Assembly (NCBI RefSeq): GCF_003367075.2
Contig: NZ_CP065936.1
Span: 1,890,001-1,922,000, forward strand
DNA: 32,000 nucleotides
Source: Cylindrospermopsis raciborskii Cr2010
GTDB lineage: Bacteria; Cyanobacteriota; Cyanobacteriia; Cyanobacteriales; Nostocaceae
Reading direction: 5' to 3'
Translations under genes and position numbers: made by a program
Notes under the pieces: model-generated
What the model was told of the DNA's origin: nothing
Database searches by the model: none
The model's input: the letters and a program-made list of their open reading frames with translations, nothing else
Shown: positions 24,276 to 32,000 of the stretch, piece after piece
Layout of the letters: the number at the start of each line of letters is the position of its first letter
Numbering within the stretch: the stretch's first letter is position 1

Positions 24276-26078
24276 TTAACTGCCCCAAAGTTTTTCAAAA
24301 GTGTTATCATTTTCTAACAATTTGAAGAATTCTGTTTTCAGATCTGGGTTATCTGGAGCAAATATGGTTAATATTTCTACGTATCTACACTTTGTTTGTT
24401 TACAATCATGTACTATTTTATCGTTCCGTATAGTAGTATATAGAGGATACATTCTGTGCCAAATTTGACTGATTTTTCTCTTTCCAGAATCAACATATCC
24501 GGTTAAATCTGTTCTTTTGATATTATCTCGATGAAACCATTCAATGGCTCTACTATCTTCTCGACCTTCTGCTATTCTTGCCCATACCTGTACATTTTTT
24601 GGGTGCCAAGATTCTCGCCATGTTTCTACATATGGACCTGTGGTTCCGGATTTAATATATTGAGGAAAGTATCCTCTTACTGTATCTGGAAGATCGGATA
24701 AAAATTTCTTTATATTATTCAATTTTCCATCGTTTACTGTAATGCAATATTCTTCCAATTGAAATGATTTTTGAAAAATCCAATGGCAACCAATTAGTAT
24801 ATCTTTCCTATATGCTGGATAAAAGAGTTTATGATCTGATCTGCGCCATGATCTACCAAAACCACCTAGCAGCATGGAGAACTTAATTAGTAAAGCTAGA
24901 AATTGCCGTTCATTTTCTGAACAGCGACCAGCTAAAGTTGAATTAGTATTACTAATTTCTAGTAAACCTTCTAAATCATATCTAATTTCTTGATCAATAT
25001 CATATTTAAAATTCACATCATATTTAAAACTAACACCAAATTTACCAACAGTTGAACCTTTTTTATGAATGTCTGAAGTAATCCCACCCCATAATTCTTC
25101 ACTTATCTTTTGCACTGTGTATTCGTCAGTTAACCCTGCTAATAATCGTAAAGTATGACCTCTTAATGTCGCTTTAAACATATTAGGACGAAATTCCGAA
25201 GAGGCGTTTTGATTTAATAACCTAGAATTTATTCCTTTTCCTTTTAAACCGACCGATATAACAACTTTATTATCAGTCAAAAATACTGTTTCCGAATTTT
25301 GAGAATTTTGAGAATTTTTAAATTTACCGTATCCAGCACTGGTTCTAGAACCAATTCCGTTCGATAAAGCATGTTCCCAAATTCTTTGAACTAACTCCCA
25401 GTCTAAATCATTTGAATGGTTATATTTAATTTCTGAAATACCAAATATAAAAGTTGTGCGGTACAGTGAAATTTGCAAATTAGCTTTAGTTTTTATGTCA
25501 TCATACATAACCTGAAATTTTTGTTGACTGTGAATAATATCAAGCAAGCGATCACTATTTGCCCAGGACATATCTACAGGATAGCCCCCATGAAAACGTA
25601 AAATTCCTGGCTTTGTTGTTTTTCCGCCAACACATTTTTCTTCCCCACCACAATAATCTAATACTTTGTCTGGTTCAATCTCTAAACAAGCTCTCAAAAA
25701 AGCTCCCTTCATACTAGTTCCTGTGTAGTAAGGTACACCTTTTGCACCGATAACAGGTCGAATTATTCCGTCGTCTTGTCCTGAATTTGTAACTAAACGC
25801 CAAATTAGTGTATATTCCCACGTATGGACATTTTGTCCAAACTTAGGTATTCTTATTGTTGATGGCTTCTGTTTCCATTTCGGCAAGACTTCATCTGATT
25901 TATTAGGTATGGGGGGACATCCTTTGAACCACTCCTCTATCCACTGTTTTGCTGCTGATTTATTTCCAGCATATTGAATCATTCCCCTATCTTTAATTTG
26001 AGCTTGATACATTAATGGTACTGAATTATGACTCATTTTTTTGTCCTCACCTATAACTTCTCTCAATTTTTTAGCCAC
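24276..26078 (-). CDS. cmr6: Type III-B double-RAMP subunit, Cmr6-like + Cmr1-like fusion (cassette B)
   Basis: 600 aa paralog of 4137..5801. Motifs: RPVIGAKGVPYYTGTSMKGAFLR, GIGSRTSAGYGKF, FRPNMFKATLRGHTLRLL and LLGGFGRSWRR. The likely true start is MSHNSVPLMYQAQ (ATG 26036). Confidence 0.75.
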   Translation of the reverse strand: MAKKLREVIGEDKKMSHNSVPLMYQAQIKDRGMIQYAGNKSAAKQWIEEWFKGCPPIPNKSDEVLPKWKQKPSTIRIPKFGQNVHTWEYTLIWRLVTNSGQDDGIIRPVIGAKGVPYYTGTSMKGAFLRACLEIEPDKVLDYCGGEEKCVGGKTTKPGILRFHGGYPVDMSWANSDRLLDIIHSQQKFQVMYDDIKTKANLQISLYRTTFIFGISEIKYNHSNDLDWELVQRIWEHALSNGIGSRTSAGYGKFKNSQNSQNSETVFLTDNKVVISVGLKGKGINSRLLNQNASSEFRPNMFKATLRGHTLRLLAGLTDEYTVQKISEELWGGITSDIHKKGSTVGKFGVSFKYDVNFKYDIDQEIRYDLEGLLEISNTNSTLAGRCSENERQFLALLIKFSMLLGGFGRSWRRSDHKLFYPAYRKDILIGCHWIFQKSFQLEEYCITVNDGKLNNIKKFLSDLPDTVRGYFPQYIKSGTTGPYVETWRESWHPKNVQVWARIAEGREDSRAIEWFHRDNIKRTDLTGYVDSGKRKISQIWHRMYPLYTTIRNDKIVHDCKQTKCRYVEILTIFAPDNPDLKTEFFKLLENDNTFEKLWGS

Positions 26079-26120
26079 CTAAACTATCTAAATTACCTTT
26101 GCTGTAATAATTTGGTTCAT

Positions 26121-26513
26121 TCAATTCTCTTGATCAGTTTCGTTACTTGCTGTAGGTTTGTATCTTTGTGTCCACCAAACCATATAATCACATAGTTGTG
26201 TTAGTATTGAAAGTGTAACTTTTCGATACGCTAAAGGAAATTTTTGTGAATCCCATAAATCTTCCGGTGTTCGAGGTACTTGGATACTAGCTTGATGCAT
26301 AGTTATGACCAATTTGTCCCAAGTATCTGCCCAATATTGAGATTTCTTATTATTTTTATCTTCTTTTAATCGCAATTGTTCACCCCAGAACCTTTCTAAA
26401 CCATAGTGAACCGTAGAGCGCATTTTGTAAACTTGCTTTGATGCTTCATCATCTTTATATTTTTTGACTAATTCGTGAGCAATCTTGTCTAGATTAAAAT
26501 CTTCCCAGGACAT
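26121..26513 (-). CDS. cmr5: Small subunit, Cmr5/Cas11-like (cassette B)
   Basis: 130 aa. Same position as, and homologous to, 5785..6213 (KMRSTVHYGLERFWGEQLRL, VWWTQRYK). Confidence 0.55.
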   Translation of the reverse strand: MSWEDFNLDKIAHELVKKYKDDEASKQVYKMRSTVHYGLERFWGEQLRLKEDKNNKKSQYWADTWDKLVITMHQASIQVPRTPEDLWDSQKFPLAYRKVTLSILTQLCDYMVWWTQRYKPTASNETDQEN

Positions 26514-26564
26514 ACTTACCTCGTAATATAACTAACTTTGTAAGATTATTAAATACTAACAGTT

Positions 26565-27440
26565 TTATTGGATAAATACTGTGACTTCACAGTACCCAAA
26601 ACCTACGGACTCCAAACCCCCAAAATAAATATTAGCCTTATTAATTCTAGGCTGATCTTGTTCATACTCTCCAGCAAAAGGTTTCCATGTTTCAGGTTTA
26701 TTTTGACCGTTCTTTTTAATACCAATAGGAAAAACTAAAAAGGTTTCCTCTGGTAATGCTTCAACTCCAAAAAAATTCTTACTACACTTTTGTTCCTTTT
26801 CTAAAGCAACACGACTTTGACGGTAGAGTGCCATATCATGAATCATAGAAATTTCATTGTCACGTACTATTATTGCTGGTAATTTTTCTTGATTCGGAAA
26901 CCAACAGTCATCTATATATTCGTTGTTCTTAATACTCAAAAAACCAAAATTGAAGAATAATTTGTTGTTTGGTAAAGGTACAAGGTTTTTGGATCTAGAA
27001 TATTCACTAGGTAGAGGTTTTTGCAATCCAGTGATTCTCTTGTAACGCTTCAACAAACGTGGACAGCTTACCCAAACAATTGGTTGACCTGGACAGAATA
27101 CAGGTAGCCAAATGATAGAAGCATAGTCAAACTTTACTAATGATTCAGTTATTCTACTGTAAATAGCAGAATCGTCTGTATTATTCTCATCATTACGCTC
27201 ATCTGTGTAAGTGAAATCATTTCCATACCATTTTTTTACCTCTGTTTCTTTTTTGTCTCCCGAGTGATTGTACCGCATTAAAGCTCGGAATCTACCACGA
27301 ATTGAGCTGCCAGGAATAATACCAGTTTGAGTAAATTGATCTCGAAAAATTAGGTTGATATTTCCCGTTTCTTCTCCCGCTGTTGCTCCTACATGTAATG
27401 GTGCTTCTGTTTTAATAATTCCATAACCCTGATGATACAT
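26565..27440 (-). CDS. cmr4: Cmr4 (Cas7-family backbone RAMP), cassette B
   Basis: N-terminus MYHQGYGIIKTEAPLHVGATAGEETGNINLIFRDQFTQTGIIPGSSIRGRFR. C-terminal GGLESVGFGYC. Relative to the cassette A copy it carries an insertion after RYNHSGDKK. Confidence 0.85.
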   Translation of the reverse strand: MYHQGYGIIKTEAPLHVGATAGEETGNINLIFRDQFTQTGIIPGSSIRGRFRALMRYNHSGDKKETEVKKWYGNDFTYTDERNDENNTDDSAIYSRITESLVKFDYASIIWLPVFCPGQPIVWVSCPRLLKRYKRITGLQKPLPSEYSRSKNLVPLPNNKLFFNFGFLSIKNNEYIDDCWFPNQEKLPAIIVRDNEISMIHDMALYRQSRVALEKEQKCSKNFFGVEALPEETFLVFPIGIKKNGQNKPETWKPFAGEYEQDQPRINKANIYFGGLESVGFGYCEVTVFIQ

Positions 27441-27540
27441 AAACTAAATTCTCCTAATTTTATTATTTACTACTTGTCCACACGAATGAAATAGCATAAT
27501 CTGTTGAATCAATGAAAACTAGTTTTTTTCAACTCTAGTA

Positions 27541-28557
27541 TTATTCAACACCCTTAATTTTGATTGGTAAACATAAACCACATCCTAATTGTTTAAGAGA
27601 AAAGCCCTCAGTGGGGAACCATTCATTAGGAAACCCTGCTTCATTTTCGTCCCCCCACCAAGATTTATTTAAAGGCTCTTCAAATACATAAACACTCCCT
27701 GCTGGAACTGCGTAACGTCCTCTTCCTAATCTTCCTCCCCCTTTATTATCTCCCACTCGATAACGGTAAGGTGAAGGTCTATCCGTCAAAATATGGCTAG
27801 GTTTAGGAAAAGTTGTCTGATTTGGGTCTGGGTAGCGACGTGAAAACCGATTTGAACCCCAGACTCCCGGTGTGATCAGGGCAAAACTACGCTGAATTTT
27901 TTCTTTTAACAGACCTAATATCACGTGATTTGACAAATCCTGTGATTCAATTTCCACCAAATGACCCTCACCTCCAAAACAGTACCACCCCTTCGGTATT
28001 TCGTGAGTTGATAAATAAACTAAGCAAAATTCTTGATCATTTTGTATAGCATTTTCTAGAAATAATCCGCTTTCTTCAACACAACGCTCATTTTTAAGTA
28101 ACCTGGGATGTAGTATAGATACGTATCTCCATGGATCTCCTTTGCTCTGATTCATAATGTCTTTAACACGATTATACCGCCAATAATGAATATCATGCCA
28201 TTTACAATCAGGCTCCAAAGATTTTTGATCACGATACCACTTGTCATTTTTTATTTCCCACTCATCTGACTTATTGCTTTTTTGATTGATAATTTTTGTC
28301 CAAGGAATGGGGATGTAGAAGCGGTGTGGTTGGTCTGGTTTTGACCAAAAAGGTCCGGCCAGATGTAATTTCTTGAGTTCTTCATGCTCAATAAATGGGT
28401 TAGTCTTATTGGCTGCAAAGAACAAGCCAGACAAGGTATAAGCGTCTGGAGGAAACTTTGAACCAGAACGTCCTATCAGATTTTCTGATGATAAGAATGC
28501 TCCCGCACTGCCATATAAAAATCCTAAAGGGTTAATAATAATTAGATATTTGTACAT
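27541..28557 (-). CDS. cmr3: Cmr3 (Cas5-family), cassette B
   Basis: N-terminus MYKYLIIINPLGFLYGSAGAFLSSENLIGRSGSKFPP. C-terminal GRGRYAVPAGSVYVF and GCGLCLP. ATG 28557 is preferred to GTG 28566. It overlaps the cas10 B stop by 16 nt, as in cassette A. Confidence 0.85.
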   Translation of the reverse strand: MYKYLIIINPLGFLYGSAGAFLSSENLIGRSGSKFPPDAYTLSGLFFAANKTNPFIEHEELKKLHLAGPFWSKPDQPHRFYIPIPWTKIINQKSNKSDEWEIKNDKWYRDQKSLEPDCKWHDIHYWRYNRVKDIMNQSKGDPWRYVSILHPRLLKNERCVEESGLFLENAIQNDQEFCLVYLSTHEIPKGWYCFGGEGHLVEIESQDLSNHVILGLLKEKIQRSFALITPGVWGSNRFSRRYPDPNQTTFPKPSHILTDRPSPYRYRVGDNKGGGRLGRGRYAVPAGSVYVFEEPLNKSWWGDENEAGFPNEWFPTEGFSLKQLGCGLCLPIKIKGVE

Positions 28558-30197
28558 ATTTGCCACCCTACATTAATTAGATCGTTGATCCAAATAATCA
28601 TATCTATATCTTTCACAAGTGTGTTTCTTTCACCATAAAGAATTGTTGCGGATTCTGTCTGTAGATGTCTTTCGTCCTCAAAATAAATATCAAACAAGGA
28701 CATTCCTAATAGATATTTACTACGATCTTGACTCGATTTATGTAAATCAATGGCATGACGGGCTTTGAGTTCAGCAAGATCACTATAAATATGATTCCAA
28801 TTTGGTTTACAGTTATCCTTCCTACCTCTACATTCCCATTTTGGGTAAGTTTTACCATCCCTGTCCCGGTATCGTTTTAAAACATATAGATAATTCCACG
28901 GACAAGTCCATTGTACATATTGTCCACTATTAAACACAACTCGAATAGTCACTCTGTCCTTACCAGAAGATTTTGCTATCTTCTGTGTTTCTCGACAATG
29001 CTGTAACACATCTCGCTGAGGTACACCCCCTGCTGCCCAGACAAAACCAACACTTAAAGTTATCTTTTGTTTATGCTCATTCCATCGGTCATTCAAAGTC
29101 ATTAACCATTCATAAACTTCCAACCCTATCTTTTTGTCCGTCTGTTTACTGTCTGAAGTCTTTTTTTCAGTTTGTCTACCATAAATTACCCCTAGGAAAT
29201 CATCGCCACCCGCATAAATAACTCTCCCTTGAATATTCGGATTGGGATATCTGTTAAAGTCTTCATAAAAATCCTCCCCCCACTTTAGCATTGCTCTACT
29301 AAATCTACTTAAACCCACATCTCCTTCATCTTCTGCAATATTTTTCAGATGCTCACCAACGTTATCTCCATCTCCCATGAACCATCCTGTCCACAGATAC
29401 TCTGTTTTACCATTAAAATTCGATTGACGCTGGATTTCTGTAAATCTTTCTACCACCGACATGCCCAATTCTTCTGCAATACTGGGATACGTAACTAAAC
29501 GTTTAGTCAGTTCAGGAATACTCAACTTTTCTCTAGGGTCAATAAATTTACCTTGAATTTCTGATGACGTTGGCTCTTCAGTTATTTTTGCCAGATCCGT
29601 ATAGAATGTTTTAATTTGTTTATTTTCTTCTTTATAGTTGGTATGTTTTGGATTACGCCCTGTTCCACCTAATCCTGGGAAAGCGATTGCATCACTACCA
29701 CTTAGACTAGAACTTTCTCCAACCCAATTTATTGCAGTCCAATCACGACACAGTTTTTTGGTTTCTAGTTCTTTCATTACGGATATAGGAGAATCTGCCT
29801 GAGCCCAAAAGATTTCCCAAGTATGATTGGCCCAATGATTCCATTCATCATCCCAATAATAAGGTTCTAAATGTCGCAGATTACTGGTCAACCATTCCTT
29901 ACAACAGTTAAGAACTTTTTTCCAAGTTTGTAAAATTGACTCTCTTGCTTTATCTTCTGGGAAATCGCCTTTAAAAAGAATTCGATTAGGAATTCCTCTT
30001 TCTATATTAGGAGATCCAGGTGAAATCACTTTGATAGTAGATATCTCCCGCTCAGCAGTATCAATTATATGTCTACTTAGGTACGAAAGAATTTGTGATG
30101 CACCATATAAGTCTCGTAACTTCCGAGACTTTTCTATAAATCCTTGTACAGGTGCAAAGGTGACAGCAGTATATATGTATTTTTCTTCGTCATCCAT
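28542..30197 (-). CDS. cas10: Cas10/Cmr2 without HD domain, GGDD motif intact (cassette B)
   Basis: 551 aa. N-terminus YTAVTFAPVQGFIEKSRKLRDLYGASQILSYL, palm motifs WFMGDGDNVG and VIYAGGDDFLGVIY. Alignable along its whole length with 8102..9718. Confidence 0.9.
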   Translation of the reverse strand: MDDEEKYIYTAVTFAPVQGFIEKSRKLRDLYGASQILSYLSRHIIDTAEREISTIKVISPGSPNIERGIPNRILFKGDFPEDKARESILQTWKKVLNCCKEWLTSNLRHLEPYYWDDEWNHWANHTWEIFWAQADSPISVMKELETKKLCRDWTAINWVGESSSLSGSDAIAFPGLGGTGRNPKHTNYKEENKQIKTFYTDLAKITEEPTSSEIQGKFIDPREKLSIPELTKRLVTYPSIAEELGMSVVERFTEIQRQSNFNGKTEYLWTGWFMGDGDNVGEHLKNIAEDEGDVGLSRFSRAMLKWGEDFYEDFNRYPNPNIQGRVIYAGGDDFLGVIYGRQTEKKTSDSKQTDKKIGLEVYEWLMTLNDRWNEHKQKITLSVGFVWAAGGVPQRDVLQHCRETQKIAKSSGKDRVTIRVVFNSGQYVQWTCPWNYLYVLKRYRDRDGKTYPKWECRGRKDNCKPNWNHIYSDLAELKARHAIDLHKSSQDRSKYLLGMSLFDIYFEDERHLQTESATILYGERNTLVKDIDMIIWINDLINVGWQICTNI

Positions 30198-30292
30198 TCT
30201 TTTTTACAGCCTCAACAAATGTAAACAAAGACACTTTAGGTGATTACAATCTTTCCCCGCATCTATCTTAAGGTAGATATTTAAAACTTGGA

Positions 30293-30314
30293 AAGAAATG
30301 CGATCGCATTTCTT
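30293..30314. repeat. 22-bp perfect palindrome centred on a HIP1 site, in the cas10B / SDR divergent intergenic region
   Basis: AAGAAATGCGATCGCATTTCTT reads the same on both strands. It lies about 96-117 nt upstream of the cas10 B start codon. Confidence 0.9.
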
Positions 30315-30450
30315 AATACCTATAGATCCCAGCCTTGAAATGGGTTATGATGTCCACATACCAAGTCTAATCAACAATGATAACCTAGCCTTATTGTTAT
30401 AGAAAAGGCTTTTACAAACCTTAAAACAAACTCGGAGGGGCAAATTTTCC

Positions 30451-31146
30451 ATGAAAGGGAAACAAGTTTTACTAACAGGTGGAACAGGTGGACTGGGCTT
30501 AGGGGTCACACCCACGATTTTGGCTCAAGGTGCATATCTCACCATTCCGTACCGCAATCTTACTTATGTCGAAAGATTAAAAACAATCTTACCCCCTGCG
30601 GATATGGCCAGGATTCAATTTATTCCCGTAAATCTTGAAAGCGATTCTTCCGTGGAAGAACTGGTTAATAGCATGACCAAAGTCGACGTCTTAATTCATT
30701 TAGTCGGTGGTTTTTACTATGGCAAAACCCATGAATGCAGTTTTGACGATTGGAAACATCAATTTGAATTAAATGTTTACACAACTTTCTTAACCTGCAA
30801 ATATAGTTTAAAAAGAATGCTAGAGAATGGTTATGGGCGCATTGTTACTGTTAGTTCTCGTGCTGGTTTAGAGCCTGCTGCCAATCTAGCAGCTTATTCT
30901 GCATCTAAAGCCGCTGTGATAGCTCTAACTAAGGCTATAGCTGATGAAACTAGGGGCACTAATATCACCGCAAATACGGTTTTACCCAGTGTTATTGATA
31001 CACCCACTAATAGGGAGGCAATGGGTGTGGAAAAAGCTGGCGAATGGGTCAAACCCGAATCCATTGGCCAGGTAATTTGTTTTTTGGCTTCGGAAGCTGC
31101 TGGGGATATCCGGGGTGCTACTATTCCCGTTTATGGCAATATTTAA
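30451..31146 (+). CDS. Short-chain dehydrogenase/reductase (SDR) family oxidoreductase
   Basis: 231 aa. TGGTGGLGLG cofactor-binding loop and the catalytic YSASKAA (YxxxK). Confidence 0.85.
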   Translation: MKGKQVLLTGGTGGLGLGVTPTILAQGAYLTIPYRNLTYVERLKTILPPADMARIQFIPVNLESDSSVEELVNSMTKVDVLIHLVGGFYYGKTHECSFDDWKHQFELNVYTTFLTCKYSLKRMLENGYGRIVTVSSRAGLEPAANLAAYSASKAAVIALTKAIADETRGTNITANTVLPSVIDTPTNREAMGVEKAGEWVKPESIGQVICFLASEAAGDIRGATIPVYGNI

Positions 31147-31314
31147 GGGGAGCGATCGCATGGTTTGGGGATATTTTTTAAAAACCCCCCAATCCTCTCG
31201 AAGCAATGTTGAGTGGAGTATCTAATCCAGGCGATCGCATTTCTTAACACATATTTAGATGCCCGACCTAATCATTGTTATTCTTTACTACTTGAAGTAA
31301 AATTAGTATCCATA

Positions 31315-31346
31315 TTTAGTTGATTCATCGCGCAAATATACAACGC
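31315..31346 (+). mobile_element. Solo right-end remnant of the same IS1-family element
   Basis: TTTAGTTGATTCATCGCGCAAATATACAACGC matches the right end of the intact copy (20805..20836, TTTAGTTGATTCATCCCGCAAATATGCAACGC) with 2 mismatches. No transposase sequence is attached. Confidence 0.6.
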
Positions 31347-31352
31347 TAAGTT

Positions 31353-31571
31353 ATGTTGAAGCAAGAAGCACAATGGCTAGGAAAAATGATTTATTCTCTT
31401 GATCAAGATAGTATTTTTCCATTATTAAATCTTGGAAGTTCCAGTCAAAACTTCCGAGAAAAACAACAACCTTGGATATATCAATTCTTGTTTAAACCTG
31501 CTCAGCAATCCGCTGTAGTTTTAATTCCCCACGCCCTGGGTATCCTAGAAAATGTGGAAATTGGGCTTTAA
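31353..31571 (+). pseudogene. Possible N-terminal fragment of a class I SAM-dependent methyltransferase
   Basis: MLKQEAQWLGKMIYSL...FPLLNLGSSSQNFREKQQPWIYQFLFKP resembles, from memory, the N-terminus of a methyltransferase family. The reading frame then runs into unrelated sequence and stops after 72 codons. Confidence 0.3.
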
Positions 31572-31616
31572 TTCCTCTAGAAATAGCGATCGCACAGCCA
31601 AAAACATTTTGTTGAA

Positions 31617-32000
31617 CTATCCTTTCTCCGGATTGGTTAGTTTAATAACAAAATTTCTCAATACTTTCAACATAGCCAAATTAACTTCATGTCCCGCATC
31701 AAAGTGATGGTACTCAACAGGAACTCCCAAGGATTGTGCAACCTGTTGGCTTTTAATTGCAGCTGAGAGGGGAACAATCTGGTCTTGGGTTCCGTGCATA
31801 ATCAGAGTTGGGGGGAACTGGCGTTTTTCCATAGTGGAGACTTGAGGATGTAAATAGCCACTCATGACTGCTAAACCGGCTAAGGGTAAGTTGAGACCCA
31901 CATCTAAGGTCATGGCGCCACCCTGGGAAAATCCGGTCAAAATAGTTTTAGACAGGGGAATTCCTGTGGTGGTTGGTAGGGATTGCAACCAGTCTATTAA
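31617..32000 (-). CDS. Alpha/beta hydrolase (phospholipase/carboxylesterase family), C-terminal part; ORF continues past the right window edge
   Basis: Nucleophile elbow GFSQGGAM, then MHGTQDQIVP and DAGHEV (Ser-Asp-His arrangement). The frame stays open from 31988 to base 32000 (LIDWLQSLPTTTG...), so the TTG start in the ORF track is not the real start. Confidence 0.75.
   Translation of the reverse strand, partial: LIDWLQSLPTTTGIPLSKTILTGFSQGGAMTLDVGLNLPLAGLAVMSGYLHPQVSTMEKRQFPPTLIMHGTQDQIVPLSAAIKSQQVAQSLGVPVEYHHFDAGHEVNLAMLKVLRNFVIKLTNPEKG

Noticed and set aside
27504-27519. TTGAATCAATGAAAAC in the 100-nt cmr3B-cmr4B gap matches the 3' end of the CRISPR repeat (TGGAATCAATGGAAAC) at 14/16. 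I considered a degenerate orphan repeat or an anti-tag autoregulatory site.
   Set aside because: There is no hairpin half and no second copy or spacer periodicity. A 14/16 match to some window of an AT-rich 36-mer is not very improbable in 64 kb of two-strand AT-rich sequence. It is worth only a computational look.
237-31206. Short ORFs antisense to or nested in well-supported genes: 237..437, 1314..1538, 1909..2154, 2617..2856, 3353..3541, 6290..6643, 7376..7648, 8885..9124, 18221..18427, 20161..20355, 20341..20538, 21330..21557, 24120..24317, 28973..29221, 30031..30243, 30982..31206.
   Set aside because: Each overlaps a longer ORF with clear family motifs on the other strand or in another frame. 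Their sequences are low-complexity or odd in composition, and none has a recognisable motif. They are shadow ORFs.

Overview
Cyanobacterial DNA: AT-rich, with about a dozen HIP1 GCGATCGC sites. Gene content looks Nostocales-like, but the taxon cannot be proven from this window.

Left edge: an edge-truncated P-loop ATPase and a phnD-phnC-phnE phosphonate ABC transporter.

From about 4.1 to 30.2 kb the window is one large type III CRISPR-Cas supercluster with three parts.

(A) Effector cassette A lies on the minus strand (9718..4137): HD-less cas10, cmr3, cmr4, cmr5 and a fused double-RAMP cmr6/cmr1. It is divergent from a small membrane ORF, cas1, cas2, a ~410 bp leader and a 50-repeat/49-spacer array (12094..15753; 36-nt repeat CCCCGCTTCCCTCTGGGAAGTGGAATCAATGGAAAC).

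An accessory island follows the array. It holds intact hicB with a frameshifted hicA, a 711-aa P-loop kinase-wHTH-WYL fusion, an APE2256-type CARF gene whose 3' end is cut off by an intact IS1-family element, and an IS605-type tnpB with a single in-frame stop.

(B) Effector cassette B (30197..24276) is a second, clearly diverged copy of the same five-gene module. It is followed by a CARF-HEPN (Csx1/Csm6-like) gene (24167..22614).

No cas6 and no second array are visible in the 32 kb. That matches the subtype III-B variant known from Synechocystis, but here it is doubled.

Three spacers (16, 39, 49) derive from homologous versions of one protein-coding target, one of them in the opposite orientation.

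Right edge: an SDR oxidoreductase, a solo IS1 end, a methyltransferase fragment and a partial carboxylesterase.

All calls come from reading the sequence and the ORF translations. No database search or computation was possible, and identities quoted 'by eye' are not computed values.
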